A stretch of 64,000 nucleotides of DNA, taken from the IMG/VR virus record IMGVR_UViG_3300037319_000172, positions 32,001-96,000 of that record; one strand, given 5' to 3'. The position numbers were made by a program, and so were the translations under genes. The notes beneath the pieces are model-generated. The model was not told the origin of the DNA, did not search any database, and worked only from the letters and a program-made list of their open reading frames with translations. This DNA comes from a virus. Below are positions 31,205-40,875 of this stretch, piece after piece (position 1 is the stretch's first letter; every line of letters begins with the position of its first letter).

Positions 31205-31312
31205 TTGATTGATTTATTTTTATACTCTGCCATTATATTCTATATATTAAGTAGTGCCTTGTGGTACTGACATAATATGAATTAAAGTATAATGATATTA
31301 TATTATCAAATG

Positions 31313-31501
31313 TTATTCCTGGTTATTAAATTTGTTTTCAACGTACTTTGCTTTTTGCATTTTAGTACGCTTCTCGACTGAAGGTTTCGTATAATCTTTT
31401 CCTTCTCTAAGGGCTTTAGTTTGCCCTGTTCTGTTTACTTTATATTTGAATGACTTTAAAGCCTTTTCAATGTTTCCTTTTTCTACTTTTATTATTAACA
31501 T
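31313..31501 (-). CDS. rpsU: Phage-encoded ribosomal protein bS21
   Basis: MLIIKV..NIEKALKSFK.K...L R....KPSV.KR...KA.Y; Bacteroidota-type, 62 aa. Confidence 0.92.
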   Translation of the reverse strand: MLIIKVEKGNIEKALKSFKYKVNRTGQTKALREGKDYTKPSVEKRTKMQKAKYVENKFNNQE

Positions 31502-31749
31502 TCTAGTTTGTCAATGATTTTTTTAATATTAGAACATTTCTCATATTCCTCGCATCCTTTAAAAAAGTTTAATATGTTAGTTAACGCTTCAACCTTCTCT
31601 AAAGGATCTGTGTTACTTTTAATAGCTCGATCTTCGTCATTAATAACTGCATTGTAAATCATGTTCATCATTGTTTCTTTGGAACCTTCCTGCAGATTTT
31701 CAATTCTGTTTGAATCATTACCATCGTATGTGTCATCTAGCTCATGCAT
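31495..31749 (-). CDS. Small protein with C-terminal UVR-like motif
   Basis: FFKGCEEYEKCSNI. Confidence 0.7.
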   Translation of the reverse strand: MHELDDTYDGNDSNRIENLQEGSKETMMNMIYNAVINDEDRAIKSNTDPLEKVEALTNILNFFKGCEEYEKCSNIKKIIDKLEC

Positions 31750-32536
31750 TGTCTAACTCTTTAATTTTTTTAATGTGTTCTAATTGTTTTTCGTTTAATG
31801 TAATATTTGATGTTCTTAATTTAACCATCAAATTACCGTATTGGTTGGTATTATATATCGGAAATCCCATACCAACAATTCTTAAAATTTTACCATCAAA
31901 TGAGTTCTTAGGTACCTTTATCTTTACGCTATTAACTTTAGTTGTAACTGTAAAGTCTCCTCCTAATAACATATCATAGAACGGCATATTATAATCTAAC
32001 CATATATCTCCATTAGTTACTATCATCTCAGGATCAGGCATTATATTCATTATTAGAATAGCGTCTCCGTGTGGAGCTCCTGTATTTATAGGATGTGGCA
32101 TTCCCTTTCCATTCAATTTTAGTCTTGCTCCTTCATGAATTCCTTTAGGAATTCTTACATTGAAAACGTTTTGACCTGTATTTATTTTTCTAGTTGTACC
32201 ACTAAATACTTCTTCTAATGTAAGTTTTATTCTAAAGGTAATATCGTTTCCTCTAGCTCTTTGATTAAAAACATCATCGAACATATTTGAAAAGCCTCCA
32301 TTGTTGTTTCGAAACATGTCATAAAAACCAGAATTGCTTTCGATACTATTTTTAATATCGTATTCTTTTTTCTTGGTTGAGTCGTTTAAAGTATCGTAAG
32401 CTTCAGATATCTTTTTAAATTTATCCTCAGATCCTCCCACATCAGGATGGTGCTTCTTGACTAAGTTTCTGTAAGACTTTTTAATCTCACTAGCAGATGC
32501 CTCCTTATTTATACCAAGAACCTCATAGTAACTCAT
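31742..32536 (-). CDS. dnaJ: DnaJ-class co-chaperone (class B, CbpA-like)
   Basis: YYEVLG...HHPD J-domain plus DnaJ C-terminal domains; no zinc finger. Confidence 0.92.
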   Translation of the reverse strand: MSYYEVLGINKEASASEIKKSYRNLVKKHHPDVGGSEDKFKKISEAYDTLNDSTKKKEYDIKNSIESNSGFYDMFRNNNGGFSNMFDDVFNQRARGNDITFRIKLTLEEVFSGTTRKINTGQNVFNVRIPKGIHEGARLKLNGKGMPHPINTGAPHGDAILIMNIMPDPEMIVTNGDIWLDYNMPFYDMLLGGDFTVTTKVNSVKIKVPKNSFDGKILRIVGMGFPIYNTNQYGNLMVKLRTSNITLNEKQLEHIKKIKELDNA

Positions 32537-32538
32537 TA

Positions 32539-32712
32539 CTATTTGTCTTCTTTAGTTGGAGCAGGTCTCTGTTGTTTTGCAGGTTTCTTTGATTTGTTAG
32601 CTTCTTTAATTTGATTTCTCTTAAAGTTAACGTCTCTTTTCTGAGAATTCTCCATAAGTTGAGCTATTCTCTCTAATGATACTGCGATTCTTTCTACTTG
32701 TTCTTCTGTCAT
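32539..32712 (-). CDS. Small hypothetical protein (57 aa)
   Basis: MTEEQVERIAVSLERIAQLME...; GATATATA just upstream; below the ORF track cutoff. Confidence 0.6.
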   Translation of the reverse strand: MTEEQVERIAVSLERIAQLMENSQKRDVNFKRNQIKEANKSKKPAKQQRPAPTKEDK

Positions 32713-32735
32713 GGTTTATTATATATCTTATATTG

Positions 32736-33005
32736 TTACTGGAACAATTCCATTTTCTTTTTAAGCTTTGCACACTTTTCGTATTCCTCTAATTCCTGAA
32801 AGTAAAACATAGTCTCTTCTATAATGTTTAGAATGATATCGGGATCCCGTGTTTTATCCGCGTCGATTCCATGTTTGATTATAGCGTCATAGTTAGCGCG
32901 TGCAAGGCGGTCCTTGAGGTTCTCGAGGTGATCGATGTCTTCTTGTGTAGGTTCTTCATTTTCGTAATCCTCATTAAAGTCTTGTTCAAATTCAAAATCG
33001 TCCAT
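32736..33005 (-). CDS. Acidic small protein with C-terminal UVR-like motif
   Basis: YFQELEEYEKCAKL; has its own class I promoter. Confidence 0.7.
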   Translation of the reverse strand: MDDFEFEQDFNEDYENEEPTQEDIDHLENLKDRLARANYDAIIKHGIDADKTRDPDIILNIIEETMFYFQELEEYEKCAKLKKKMELFQ

Positions 33006-33016
33006 GTTGTATGTGT

Positions 33017-33054
33017 TTATTAATTATAAGTAAATATAATCATTTTAATTGATA
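33017..33054 (-). promoter_or_regulatory. Class I promoter repeat, copy 4
   Basis: rc TATCAATTAAAATGATTATATTTACTTATAATTAATAA. Confidence 0.8.
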
Positions 33055-33088
33055 TAAAAAAATCCTGGTGAAAAACTTTCATTTATTT

Positions 33089-33814
33089 TTAAATAATTTC
33101 CATGTTTGACATTTTTAACATGACATTCATGGTAGCTTTTACATCTCCTTCGCAATATTTCATAATGTTCTCTATATTACCATTCCAATAGTGTTCAGAA
33201 ACTTCGTAGTTTTTCATAGCATCTTTTGGTGATGGTATATTAAATAGATTACAAATCAAATCTAATGATGAACTGTTATATCCACCGAACTTCCAAATTT
33301 CATATGTATCTAATAGACAGTTTTCCCATGGTTTCTGTTTTTGAAAGTGAAACATAGTAGGCGGCATTATACCATTTACTAAGGATCTCTTTACAATCCA
33401 AGGCATATCGAATTTCTTTATGTTATGTCCTATTAGTTTTACACTAGGATTTTTATTAAATACTGCACGCATAGTTCCGTTAAACTCTTCTAGTATTTTA
33501 TTTTCATCTTCTCCATAAAAAGATTTAATCTTAGAACCTATTGGCATTCCTATTTCATCAAAAGAAATCTGACCTATAGAAATAGTATTAATCTTTCCGA
33601 ATTCAGCGTGAATGCTTGCATTCTTTTCATATAGTTCGGCGTCTGTTAAGCCTTCATGTCCTTCTTCATATTTTCGAATACTCTCAGCTTTCTTTAACCA
33701 AAGATCGTGTAATCCTTCGTTTGCATTCTTTTTTAAATCCGATAAGGTTTTGTATTGTGAGCATGTTTCTATATCAATAAATAACATTCCCTTTAGTTCA
33801 CTTGAATTATACAT
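33089..33814 (-). CDS. 3'-5' exonuclease (PolB-exo-like DEDDy family)
   Basis: FIDIET, GHNIKKFD.P, LDT...W, YCEGDV. Confidence 0.88.
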   Translation of the reverse strand: MYNSSELKGMLFIDIETCSQYKTLSDLKKNANEGLHDLWLKKAESIRKYEEGHEGLTDAELYEKNASIHAEFGKINTISIGQISFDEIGMPIGSKIKSFYGEDENKILEEFNGTMRAVFNKNPSVKLIGHNIKKFDMPWIVKRSLVNGIMPPTMFHFQKQKPWENCLLDTYEIWKFGGYNSSSLDLICNLFNIPSPKDAMKNYEVSEHYWNGNIENIMKYCEGDVKATMNVMLKMSNMEII

Positions 33815-33816
33815 GT

Positions 33817-34071
33817 TTAGTAGTATTTAACGTCGTCGTATGTTAGACCGATATCTCGAATAGATACTGGATATTTTGTAGATGCTCCTTGTGTTAATTC
33901 ATTTTCATAAGATATTATTGTAAAATATTTCTCATTATGTAATTTAGTTAAACTATCGCTTGTCGCGATAATGGAACCTTTAATAACACTTCCTGCGAAT
34001 CTAAAGAAGTATACTCCTCCTATTTTAGGAGACTTTACTGTGATTTTTCTTTGTATCTTTTTCTTTGCCAT
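33817..34071 (-). CDS. Hypothetical protein (start revised to MAKKKIQ)
   Basis: Class II promoter at 34078-34104 lies inside the longer ORF call, just upstream of ATG 34071. Confidence 0.55.
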   Translation of the reverse strand: MAKKKIQRKITVKSPKIGGVYFFRFAGSVIKGSIIATSDSLTKLHNEKYFTIISYENELTQGASTKYPVSIRDIGLTYDDVKYY

Positions 34072-34102
34072 ATACATATTATACAATGTAATTAGAAAAG
34101 GT

Positions 34103-34336
34103 TTATAAATCGTTCCATGAGGAATGTTCCCTAGCCTCACGGATCCTTGTATAAACTTCATAATTGACATTAATCTCTAAGAATCCTCCAGTAATACTTC
34201 CTGGTAAATCTTTAGGATTAATCCAATAATATGGAAGCCTATTAGTTCTTTCGTTGATAAAATCAAATAATGCATCTACCTCCATATGGTGGACGTATAT
34301 TACAATATTCATACAATTCATATTTGGGTATGCCAT
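34103..34336 (-). CDS. Hypothetical protein
   Basis: 77 aa ORF in operon. Confidence 0.55.
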   Translation of the reverse strand: MAYPNMNCMNIVIYVHHMEVDALFDFINERTNRLPYYWINPKDLPGSITGGFLEINVNYEVYTRIREAREHSSWNDL

Positions 34337-34339
34337 AGT

Positions 34340-34933
34340 TTATTTATAATGTCCTCCACCTAACCAAAGAACGAATGATTTTCTAATACCCTTAGTTACG
34401 GGTCTAACTGAATGAACTAGATAACTTGGAAATAATACGACAGTACCTTTTCCTCTTGGAGCAATAAGATTATTAGTATTTAGGCTTTCTCCTCCCATCC
34501 AGAAACAAAGGTCTCCTCCTTCGTATTCGCTTGAATCAGATAACTGAACTGTTATTGATATTTTTCTAACAGACATACTATCGTTTCCAACATCTTGATG
34601 CCAGTCATATTTCCCTAGTTCGTCAGCATTGTATTCAGTATATTGTATTAATTCAGGGGCTGAAGTTGCATCAAATTTCCACATTGTGTCATTCGCTTCG
34701 CTAGCGAATACTATTAGTTTTTCGTACAACCAATTCCACTCTGTAGTTTGTGGAATCCATTTTATATTTGATTTACGATCAGGTGTTATTCCTCCATCTG
34801 TCACTGCTCTGACGTAATCTAGATTATTAACGCCGTCTTCAATCCATCTTAATTCCTCAGATGTGAATCCTTTATCAAACCAATAATAGTCCACTGCTTT
34901 GTTTTGATTAGGTTCGAATATATTACTTCTCAT
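34340..34933 (-). CDS. 2OG-Fe(II) oxygenase (prolyl/lysyl hydroxylase-like, PKHD-type)
   Basis: WHQD...RKIS..QLS..EYEGG...FPS...HSVRPVTKGIRKS. Confidence 0.92.
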   Translation of the reverse strand: MRSNIFEPNQNKAVDYYWFDKGFTSEELRWIEDGVNNLDYVRAVTDGGITPDRKSNIKWIPQTTEWNWLYEKLIVFASEANDTMWKFDATSAPELIQYTEYNADELGKYDWHQDVGNDSMSVRKISITVQLSDSSEYEGGDLCFWMGGESLNTNNLIAPRGKGTVVLFPSYLVHSVRPVTKGIRKSFVLWLGGGHYK

Positions 34934-36809
34934 TTTCGTTATATGTTATATTAACTATTCCTTCTTCTTCACCATACCTTGATTCTGTATTTATAGGATA
35001 GCTTGGATTCTCTTCATATGCCCAGTCATGTTGTCCTAACTCTTCAAATCTTAATTTTATCTTTTCGTTATAATACATTGATATAGTTCGGGTTCTTCTT
35101 TGAATATCTGCTCTAGATAAATCATGAGTGTTCCTGTGCCCTGCATTACTATATAGAAATTGAATGTAACTTAGTTTAGGTATCTTACACATTAATGTAT
35201 GTAAAAAGGTTCTAACGATTAATTCATAATCATCAACAACTGTTAAACTTCTGTTATGTCCTCCTATTTCGAAATATGTAGTTCTTCTCCATGCTCTAAT
35301 GTGATTAGGCACTCCAACAATATGTCTTATTGTTTTAGGATTGATATTCTGTTGATTAGCAGGTGATAACATTCTACCTTGATATTCTTCATCTCTATAG
35401 TTACCGTATCCTAATGCAAATCCAGGTTCGTATTTATGATTCTCCCATTGTTCATTTACTTCTGCAGTATCTCCGTAAAAGAATCCGCATTCAGGATGTT
35501 TTTGTGCTGCCTTGTGTAAATCTTCAGCACATGTTTCCGCTAATAGATCGTCATGATCTAGTTCTGCAAGAATATATCCTTTAGCCATTACATTAGATCT
35601 CCATTTAACTTCTCCAATAACTCCACCTGATTTTTCTCTAAAGTCATACACTCTAACTCTTGGATCGTTTTTCGCAATCTCTTCAGCTATTTTTAGTGTT
35701 TTACCTCCATCAGTAGAATCATTCATTAATATCCATTCCCAGTTTCCATAAGATTGTCTAGCAACTGATTCGTATGTGTTCCATAACTTATCTCCTGTAT
35801 TATAAATAGGAGTAGTAAATGATATTAAGCTCTGATCATTTAAATTAGTAGGATCTAACATCGCGTTTTCTGAAACACTATATGCGATATCACCAACTAG
35901 GTTCATGTCTCCGTCATCATCTATGTTTATCCACTTTCTTCTAAATTGAAGAGGTAAACTGCAAAGTGTAGGAAATGAATCAGAACTTTCTCCTCTAGTA
36001 ACTATAGAGTCTGGTTTAAATTCAGAAATAACTTTACTTATATTATCATCATTTTTAACATACATTACTGTTAAATTATTATCTTCATAATCCAATACCT
36101 TTGATGTCTTTAACTGAGGTCTTCCTTCACCGACATACAACACTCTTGGTAGTTTAGGAGTTGACTCCTTTTGTAATTTATTATAGTGTGAAAGTATTTC
36201 ATCTATCCAAACGAAGCGACTCGGGTGATCCTTGTAAACTTCATCAATAAAGAATCCGTCTGCTGCATAATCTGCAGTGAATCCATATTCATCAAAAAGA
36301 TCTCCTCTTAATAATACTTGAGCGATATCTGTTTTCTGATAACCTGTATTTTGTGGAGTTGCTTCCCTATATTTTAATCCTGTAAAATCTTTACCATTGA
36401 CATCTTGTCCGACAACAATCATTACTTTATCTGAATTACTAGGAATCGTTAAATGTTCTTCTATTCTTTGATAAAAATCGGAATGCATTATATTATCATC
36501 ATCTAGTAAATAAAACCAACCAGATCCTCGAGTAACCATATCGGATTCGTGTGAAACTATATGTCTTATTAAGTCAGTAGTTTCAGGATACATCATCCCT
36601 CCTTTTTTACCTTTGATAAAATGTATTGTTGTATTTTCTTGATCTAATTCTGCAAGTACCTCTGCGTCAATATCCTTAAGCGATCCTGTATCAAACATGA
36701 TGTGCCAATGGATATCTACATTTGCTGTTTTAGAATTATCAAAAACTGTAGGTTTGATTTTTAAAAGATTAGACGTACGGGTACACCTTGTTATTACATT
36801 AATTTTCAT
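34923..36809 (-). CDS. Two-domain GT-A (GT2-like) glycosyltransferase
   Basis: N-terminal domain with YLLDDDN and ADG.F; C-terminal domain with TPIYN, NDSTD, ELDHDD, DDYEL. Confidence 0.88.
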   Translation of the reverse strand: MKINVITRCTRTSNLLKIKPTVFDNSKTANVDIHWHIMFDTGSLKDIDAEVLAELDQENTTIHFIKGKKGGMMYPETTDLIRHIVSHESDMVTRGSGWFYLLDDDNIMHSDFYQRIEEHLTIPSNSDKVMIVVGQDVNGKDFTGLKYREATPQNTGYQKTDIAQVLLRGDLFDEYGFTADYAADGFFIDEVYKDHPSRFVWIDEILSHYNKLQKESTPKLPRVLYVGEGRPQLKTSKVLDYEDNNLTVMYVKNDDNISKVISEFKPDSIVTRGESSDSFPTLCSLPLQFRRKWINIDDDGDMNLVGDIAYSVSENAMLDPTNLNDQSLISFTTPIYNTGDKLWNTYESVARQSYGNWEWILMNDSTDGGKTLKIAEEIAKNDPRVRVYDFREKSGGVIGEVKWRSNVMAKGYILAELDHDDLLAETCAEDLHKAAQKHPECGFFYGDTAEVNEQWENHKYEPGFALGYGNYRDEEYQGRMLSPANQQNINPKTIRHIVGVPNHIRAWRRTTYFEIGGHNRSLTVVDDYELIVRTFLHTLMCKIPKLSYIQFLYSNAGHRNTHDLSRADIQRRTRTISMYYNEKIKLRFEELGQHDWAYEENPSYPINTESRYGEEEGIVNITYNENEK

Positions 36810-36819
36810 TTAGTATGGT

Positions 36820-37758
36820 TTATTGTTGTATGTCAAAAAAGAACATGTGAAAAAATCGTGAGTTATCTATTGCGTCTCCGAAGTATTCGGTTGCTGCGTG
36901 TATCTGTGATGAGTTGAAAATTACGAGTCTATTATATACGTTACCAATATCATCTATCTTTTCAAATAGAGTTCCATCGTAAAAGTTCATAGCTTCGTTT
37001 GTTCCTTTAAATGTGTGAAAGTATTCATCTCCCATTCTAGATTCCTGTCCTGGAAAAGAATTTATACCTGTTACTTTACTTCGGTACATTGATGTTCCAG
37101 TAGGTGCAGGTGCGTTTGGTGTTAAGTATACCATTGCGGCATACATTTGAGAATCTACATGATAAACAATAGGCTGATCAGCAGTACAATATTGAAATAC
37201 ACCATTAGCGTATCCTACATTGTTCCAGTTTGTTATCTTTCTACCTAATATTTCTTCTAACTTTTCTTTAGTTCCATCTAGTATAAATCTAGAATTTGAT
37301 CTCTGTCCTTTATGATAATCCGATGGAGTGTATTCAAGGTTTTGCATCGCATATTCTCTAACAAGATCTGGATCTGCATAGAAATTATCTACAACAATGA
37401 CATCTTTATCTGTTGGGTTAAACCCTGATGAAACAGCTGCCCATTTTCCTATAGAAACAAACTCTTCAGGTTCTTCACCATTAAAACTTATTCTTAATTT
37501 AGAATTTATTAAATGTTTGGGAATAGATATGTTGAATCCAGTGCAAAAGTCTAAAGATCCTTCATAGTATCTAGATACATCTATCCTAGGTTCCCATTCT
37601 ATTTTTAATTTAATATCTTCTATTAATAAATCTATAAAGTTAATTTTTCTATCGCTGTTTGTAGAACCTATCCAACCTCTTACATTCCATGTTGAATCTA
37701 ATCCTTCAGATACTTCATCAACATTAAGTAATATATTTTTAATATTAGTAGTATGCAT
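36820..37758 (-). CDS. 2OG-Fe(II) oxygenase-like protein (DUF6445-like C-terminal domain)
   Basis: VVDNFYADPDLVR, HVD, YLTP, YNRLVIF...HAA, R-F-F-H; extra N-terminal beta domain. Confidence 0.75.
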   Translation of the reverse strand: MHTTNIKNILLNVDEVSEGLDSTWNVRGWIGSTNSDRKINFIDLLIEDIKLKIEWEPRIDVSRYYEGSLDFCTGFNISIPKHLINSKLRISFNGEEPEEFVSIGKWAAVSSGFNPTDKDVIVVDNFYADPDLVREYAMQNLEYTPSDYHKGQRSNSRFILDGTKEKLEEILGRKITNWNNVGYANGVFQYCTADQPIVYHVDSQMYAAMVYLTPNAPAPTGTSMYRSKVTGINSFPGQESRMGDEYFHTFKGTNEAMNFYDGTLFEKIDDIGNVYNRLVIFNSSQIHAATEYFGDAIDNSRFFHMFFFDIQQ

Positions 37759-37774
37759 TCTTATTTCTTTAATT

Positions 37775-37801
37775 ATTATACGATTAATTTGCTATTTGTT
37801 T
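37775..37801 (-). promoter_or_regulatory. Class II promoter for the oxygenase/glycosyltransferase/oxygenase operon
   Basis: rc AAAC AAATAGCAAATTAATCG TATAAT. Confidence 0.75.
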
Positions 37802-37810
37802 ATATATTAC

Positions 37811-37842
37811 AAAAAAAAGGATCCCATTTCTGAGATCCTTTT
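37811..37842 (-). terminator. Intrinsic terminator after the collagen cluster
   Basis: rc AAAAGGATCTCAGAAATGGGATCCTTTTTTTT. Confidence 0.85.
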
Positions 37843-37868
37843 AACTATTTATATTTACTATTTATTAT

Positions 37869-40832
37869 TTAGAAACGTCCTCTACCTCCACCTCCACCTG
37901 GTCCTGAGCTTATTTCTTCTTTTCTGTTGTGTGTTACTATTCCGTTTGCTATATAAACGTCATCGTTTTCAACATCCAATCTCCATACTCTCTGATGTAC
38001 TCCTTCAAATAAAGGACTCATTGTAATCGTATCGACTACGATTTTACTAAATGAATCTTTAAGTAATAAGAAATCTCCCTGTAGTAGTTCAGATGTTTTT
38101 AAAGTTCGCCATTCACCATTTCTCTCTGCAATATGTAAATGGTCTGCTGAAGCTTCTATTATTCCATTAATATTGTATGAATACATTACTAGTATTTCAA
38201 CGTTAGAAGTTACTGTTGATTCTGAAAATGTAGCGTTTAATTCGCTTGATCTCCATTCTTTTAAAACAGCATATTCATCTGAATCAGGCATGGTGTCTAT
38301 ATGTACTGATTTTACGATATTTCCTACTTCTACATTTTCTATACTTTTAAAAGAACCATCATTCATTTCAATTTGTGTTCCTTCTATTAAACAGCCGGGT
38401 CCGCCTCCTGTATTTATTATAGAAGTTACTAATCCATTAGATAATCCGATAAAAATATTACTAGTACTAAAACTCCTATCTGAATCTGAACCTCCAGACA
38501 AAGTACGTCCTCTATATCCTTGAGGTCCTCTTGAATTATAATTCCCATTATTTCCTCTGTAACCTTGAGCTCCTCTTGGTCCACCATTTCCTTGAGCTCC
38601 TCTTGGACCTTTATATCCACCGGGTCCATTATTACCTTTTGTACCTTGAGCTCCTTGAGCTCCTCTAGCAGCAACTCCGTAATTTGTACCTTGTGATCCT
38701 TTTGGTCCTTTAGGTCCTTGATTTCCTGTTAATCCCTTTACGGTAGATGTTGTTCCTTGAGATCCTTGAGGACCTTGAGGACCCGTTGAACCTGTATTTC
38801 CTTGAAATCCTCTTGGCATAGCACCTTGAGCTCCTTGAGCTCCTTGATATCCTTTATATCCTTTATATCCTCTATCATAAAAACCACTAAAACCTTGAGG
38901 TCCAGTAAGTCCTTTATTACCTTGAGCTCCTCTTTGCTTAGCTCCAATAGCTCCTGTAGGTCCTGCTTCTCCTTTCACTCCTGTAGGTCCTCGGTTAGTA
39001 GCTCCTTCGAATCCATCAGCTCCTCCATCTCCTACAGTTCCTTTATCTCCTCTTGGATTATTACCTTGAGATCCTTTATATCCTCCATCTCCTTTAAGAC
39101 CTTGAGATCCTCTTGGAAAAGCACCTTGATATCCAGTAGGACCTGCGTCTCCTAGAGCTCCTTGAGGCCCTACTGGTGAATCTCCAGTATTACCTTGAGA
39201 TCCTTGAGTTCCTTGAGTTCCTCTAAGTCCTTGTGGATCATCTCCTATATGTCCTTGAGCTCCTTTAGTTCCTTGATTTCCTTTAGTTCCTTGCGGTTCG
39301 TATCCTGGATTTCCCTTAGATGCTTGAGTTCCTTGAACTCCTCTATCTCCTCTTGGATTGTATCCTTGATATCCACCAGGACCTCCGTTTCCTTGAGCTC
39401 CTTGATCTCCTCTAGGTGTTGCTCCTTGTGCTCCTTTATATCCTTGATCTCCTTGAAAACCTTCATATCCTTTAGGACTTGCTCCTTTTGATCCTTTTAA
39501 TCCTTGATCTCCTTTAGGACCTGCTGGTGATACGGGTGTACTACCTTGATTTCCTTGAGCTCCTTTATTTCCTTGATGACCTCTATGTCCTGTTGGATTT
39601 GCTCCTTTAAATCCTCTATCTCCCTGGTTTCCTTGAAAACCTTCATATCCTGTAGGACTTGCTCCACCAGTTCCTTGATTTCCTTGAGTTCCTTTATCTC
39701 CTTCATATCCTGTAGGTTCTGCTCCTGGTAAACCATTTTGTCCTGTAGCTCCTTTATCTCCTTTGAATCCTGTTAAACGATCTCCTTGTGATCCTTTATT
39801 TCCTTTATCTCCTTTGAATCCTTTATAACCTTTAATACTATCTCCTTGATTTCCTTGATTTCCTATAAAACCAGTATCACCTGATATTGCTGGATTTGTT
39901 GATCCTTGAGAACCTTTAGGTCCATCAGGTCCATCCTCTCCTTTAATTCCTTTAGGGCTTGCTCCAGTAGTTCCTTTAAATCCTAATTCACCACTTTCAC
40001 CTTTAAGTCCTATTGGTGAAGCTCCTTTATTTCCAGTATCTCCTTGTGCACCGTCTGGTCCAGAATCTGGAGACAATGTAATACCTTGATCTCCTCTAAA
40101 ACCCTGAGCTCCTTGATTTCCTTGATTTCCTTTTATATTATCACCAATAGCACCTTGATTTCCTTGAGCTCCTCTATCTCCTTCAGGTCCTGTTGGACTA
40201 TCTCCATCAGCTCCTTTATCTCCATTAGGGCCATCATCTCCTTTAGCTGCAGTATCTGTAGCTCCTTGAGGTCCTCTTGGTCCCTCAGTTCCTTTATCTC
40301 CTTTATAACTAGTAATTAGATTACCGTCTAATCCCTTATGGCCTTGATCTCCAATAGATCCTATAGCTGCTTCTTCTGTTTTACCTTTAGAACCTTGAGC
40401 TCCCTTAGATCCCTTAGATCCTTGTTCACCCTGTGGACTAAATCCATCATCTCCTTGGAATCCAGTAGGACCTTGAGGCTCATCACCATCAATTCCTAAA
40501 AGACCTTGACTACCTTGAAAACCAACTTCCCCTTCAAAGCCTTCATCTCCTATTGGATTATCTCCCTGTATTCCACGCTCTCCTTCAATACCTGTAGGTT
40601 CTTCACCTTCTAATCCTTGATCTCCTTTTAACCCTTGATTTCCTTGATTTCCTTGATCTCCTTTTAACCCTTGATTTCCTTGATCTCCTTGGAATCCTTG
40701 ATCTCCAGTTAATCCTTGATCTCCTTGAAATCCTTGATCTCCTATAAATTCTGAGTAAGCATTTTTATCGAAATTACCGACATGTAGAGGAGTTTCTCCC
40801 CCTACTGTCGATCCTGTTCTTAACTTTGCCAT
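37869..40832 (-). CDS. Collagen-like fibre protein with C-terminal Hint (BIL-type) domain
   Basis: About 750 aa of interrupted Gly-X-Y; CLIEGT...SADH...YIANGIVTHN Hint at 37926-38393. Confidence 0.9.
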   Translation of the reverse strand: MAKLRTGSTVGGETPLHVGNFDKNAYSEFIGDQGFQGDQGLTGDQGFQGDQGNQGLKGDQGNQGNQGLKGDQGLEGEEPTGIEGERGIQGDNPIGDEGFEGEVGFQGSQGLLGIDGDEPQGPTGFQGDDGFSPQGEQGSKGSKGAQGSKGKTEEAAIGSIGDQGHKGLDGNLITSYKGDKGTEGPRGPQGATDTAAKGDDGPNGDKGADGDSPTGPEGDRGAQGNQGAIGDNIKGNQGNQGAQGFRGDQGITLSPDSGPDGAQGDTGNKGASPIGLKGESGELGFKGTTGASPKGIKGEDGPDGPKGSQGSTNPAISGDTGFIGNQGNQGDSIKGYKGFKGDKGNKGSQGDRLTGFKGDKGATGQNGLPGAEPTGYEGDKGTQGNQGTGGASPTGYEGFQGNQGDRGFKGANPTGHRGHQGNKGAQGNQGSTPVSPAGPKGDQGLKGSKGASPKGYEGFQGDQGYKGAQGATPRGDQGAQGNGGPGGYQGYNPRGDRGVQGTQASKGNPGYEPQGTKGNQGTKGAQGHIGDDPQGLRGTQGTQGSQGNTGDSPVGPQGALGDAGPTGYQGAFPRGSQGLKGDGGYKGSQGNNPRGDKGTVGDGGADGFEGATNRGPTGVKGEAGPTGAIGAKQRGAQGNKGLTGPQGFSGFYDRGYKGYKGYQGAQGAQGAMPRGFQGNTGSTGPQGPQGSQGTTSTVKGLTGNQGPKGPKGSQGTNYGVAARGAQGAQGTKGNNGPGGYKGPRGAQGNGGPRGAQGYRGNNGNYNSRGPQGYRGRTLSGGSDSDRSFSTSNIFIGLSNGLVTSIINTGGGPGCLIEGTQIEMNDGSFKSIENVEVGNIVKSVHIDTMPDSDEYAVLKEWRSSELNATFSESTVTSNVEILVMYSYNINGIIEASADHLHIAERNGEWRTLKTSELLQGDFLLLKDSFSKIVVDTITMSPLFEGVHQRVWRLDVENDDVYIANGIVTHNRKEEISSGPGGGGGRGRF

Positions 40833-40875
40833 TTGTATTATTTGTTTATTTTTATATTATTATATTTAAAGTAGC

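Noticed and set aside
34072-34170. N-terminal extension of ORF 33817..34170
   Set aside because: Overlaps the upstream gene and contains a class II promoter; ATG at 34071 is more plausible.
37926-38393. Canonical mobile intein
   Set aside because: No homing endonuclease, +1 residue is Arg and the C-extein is only 18 aa; treated as a BIL-type Hint domain.
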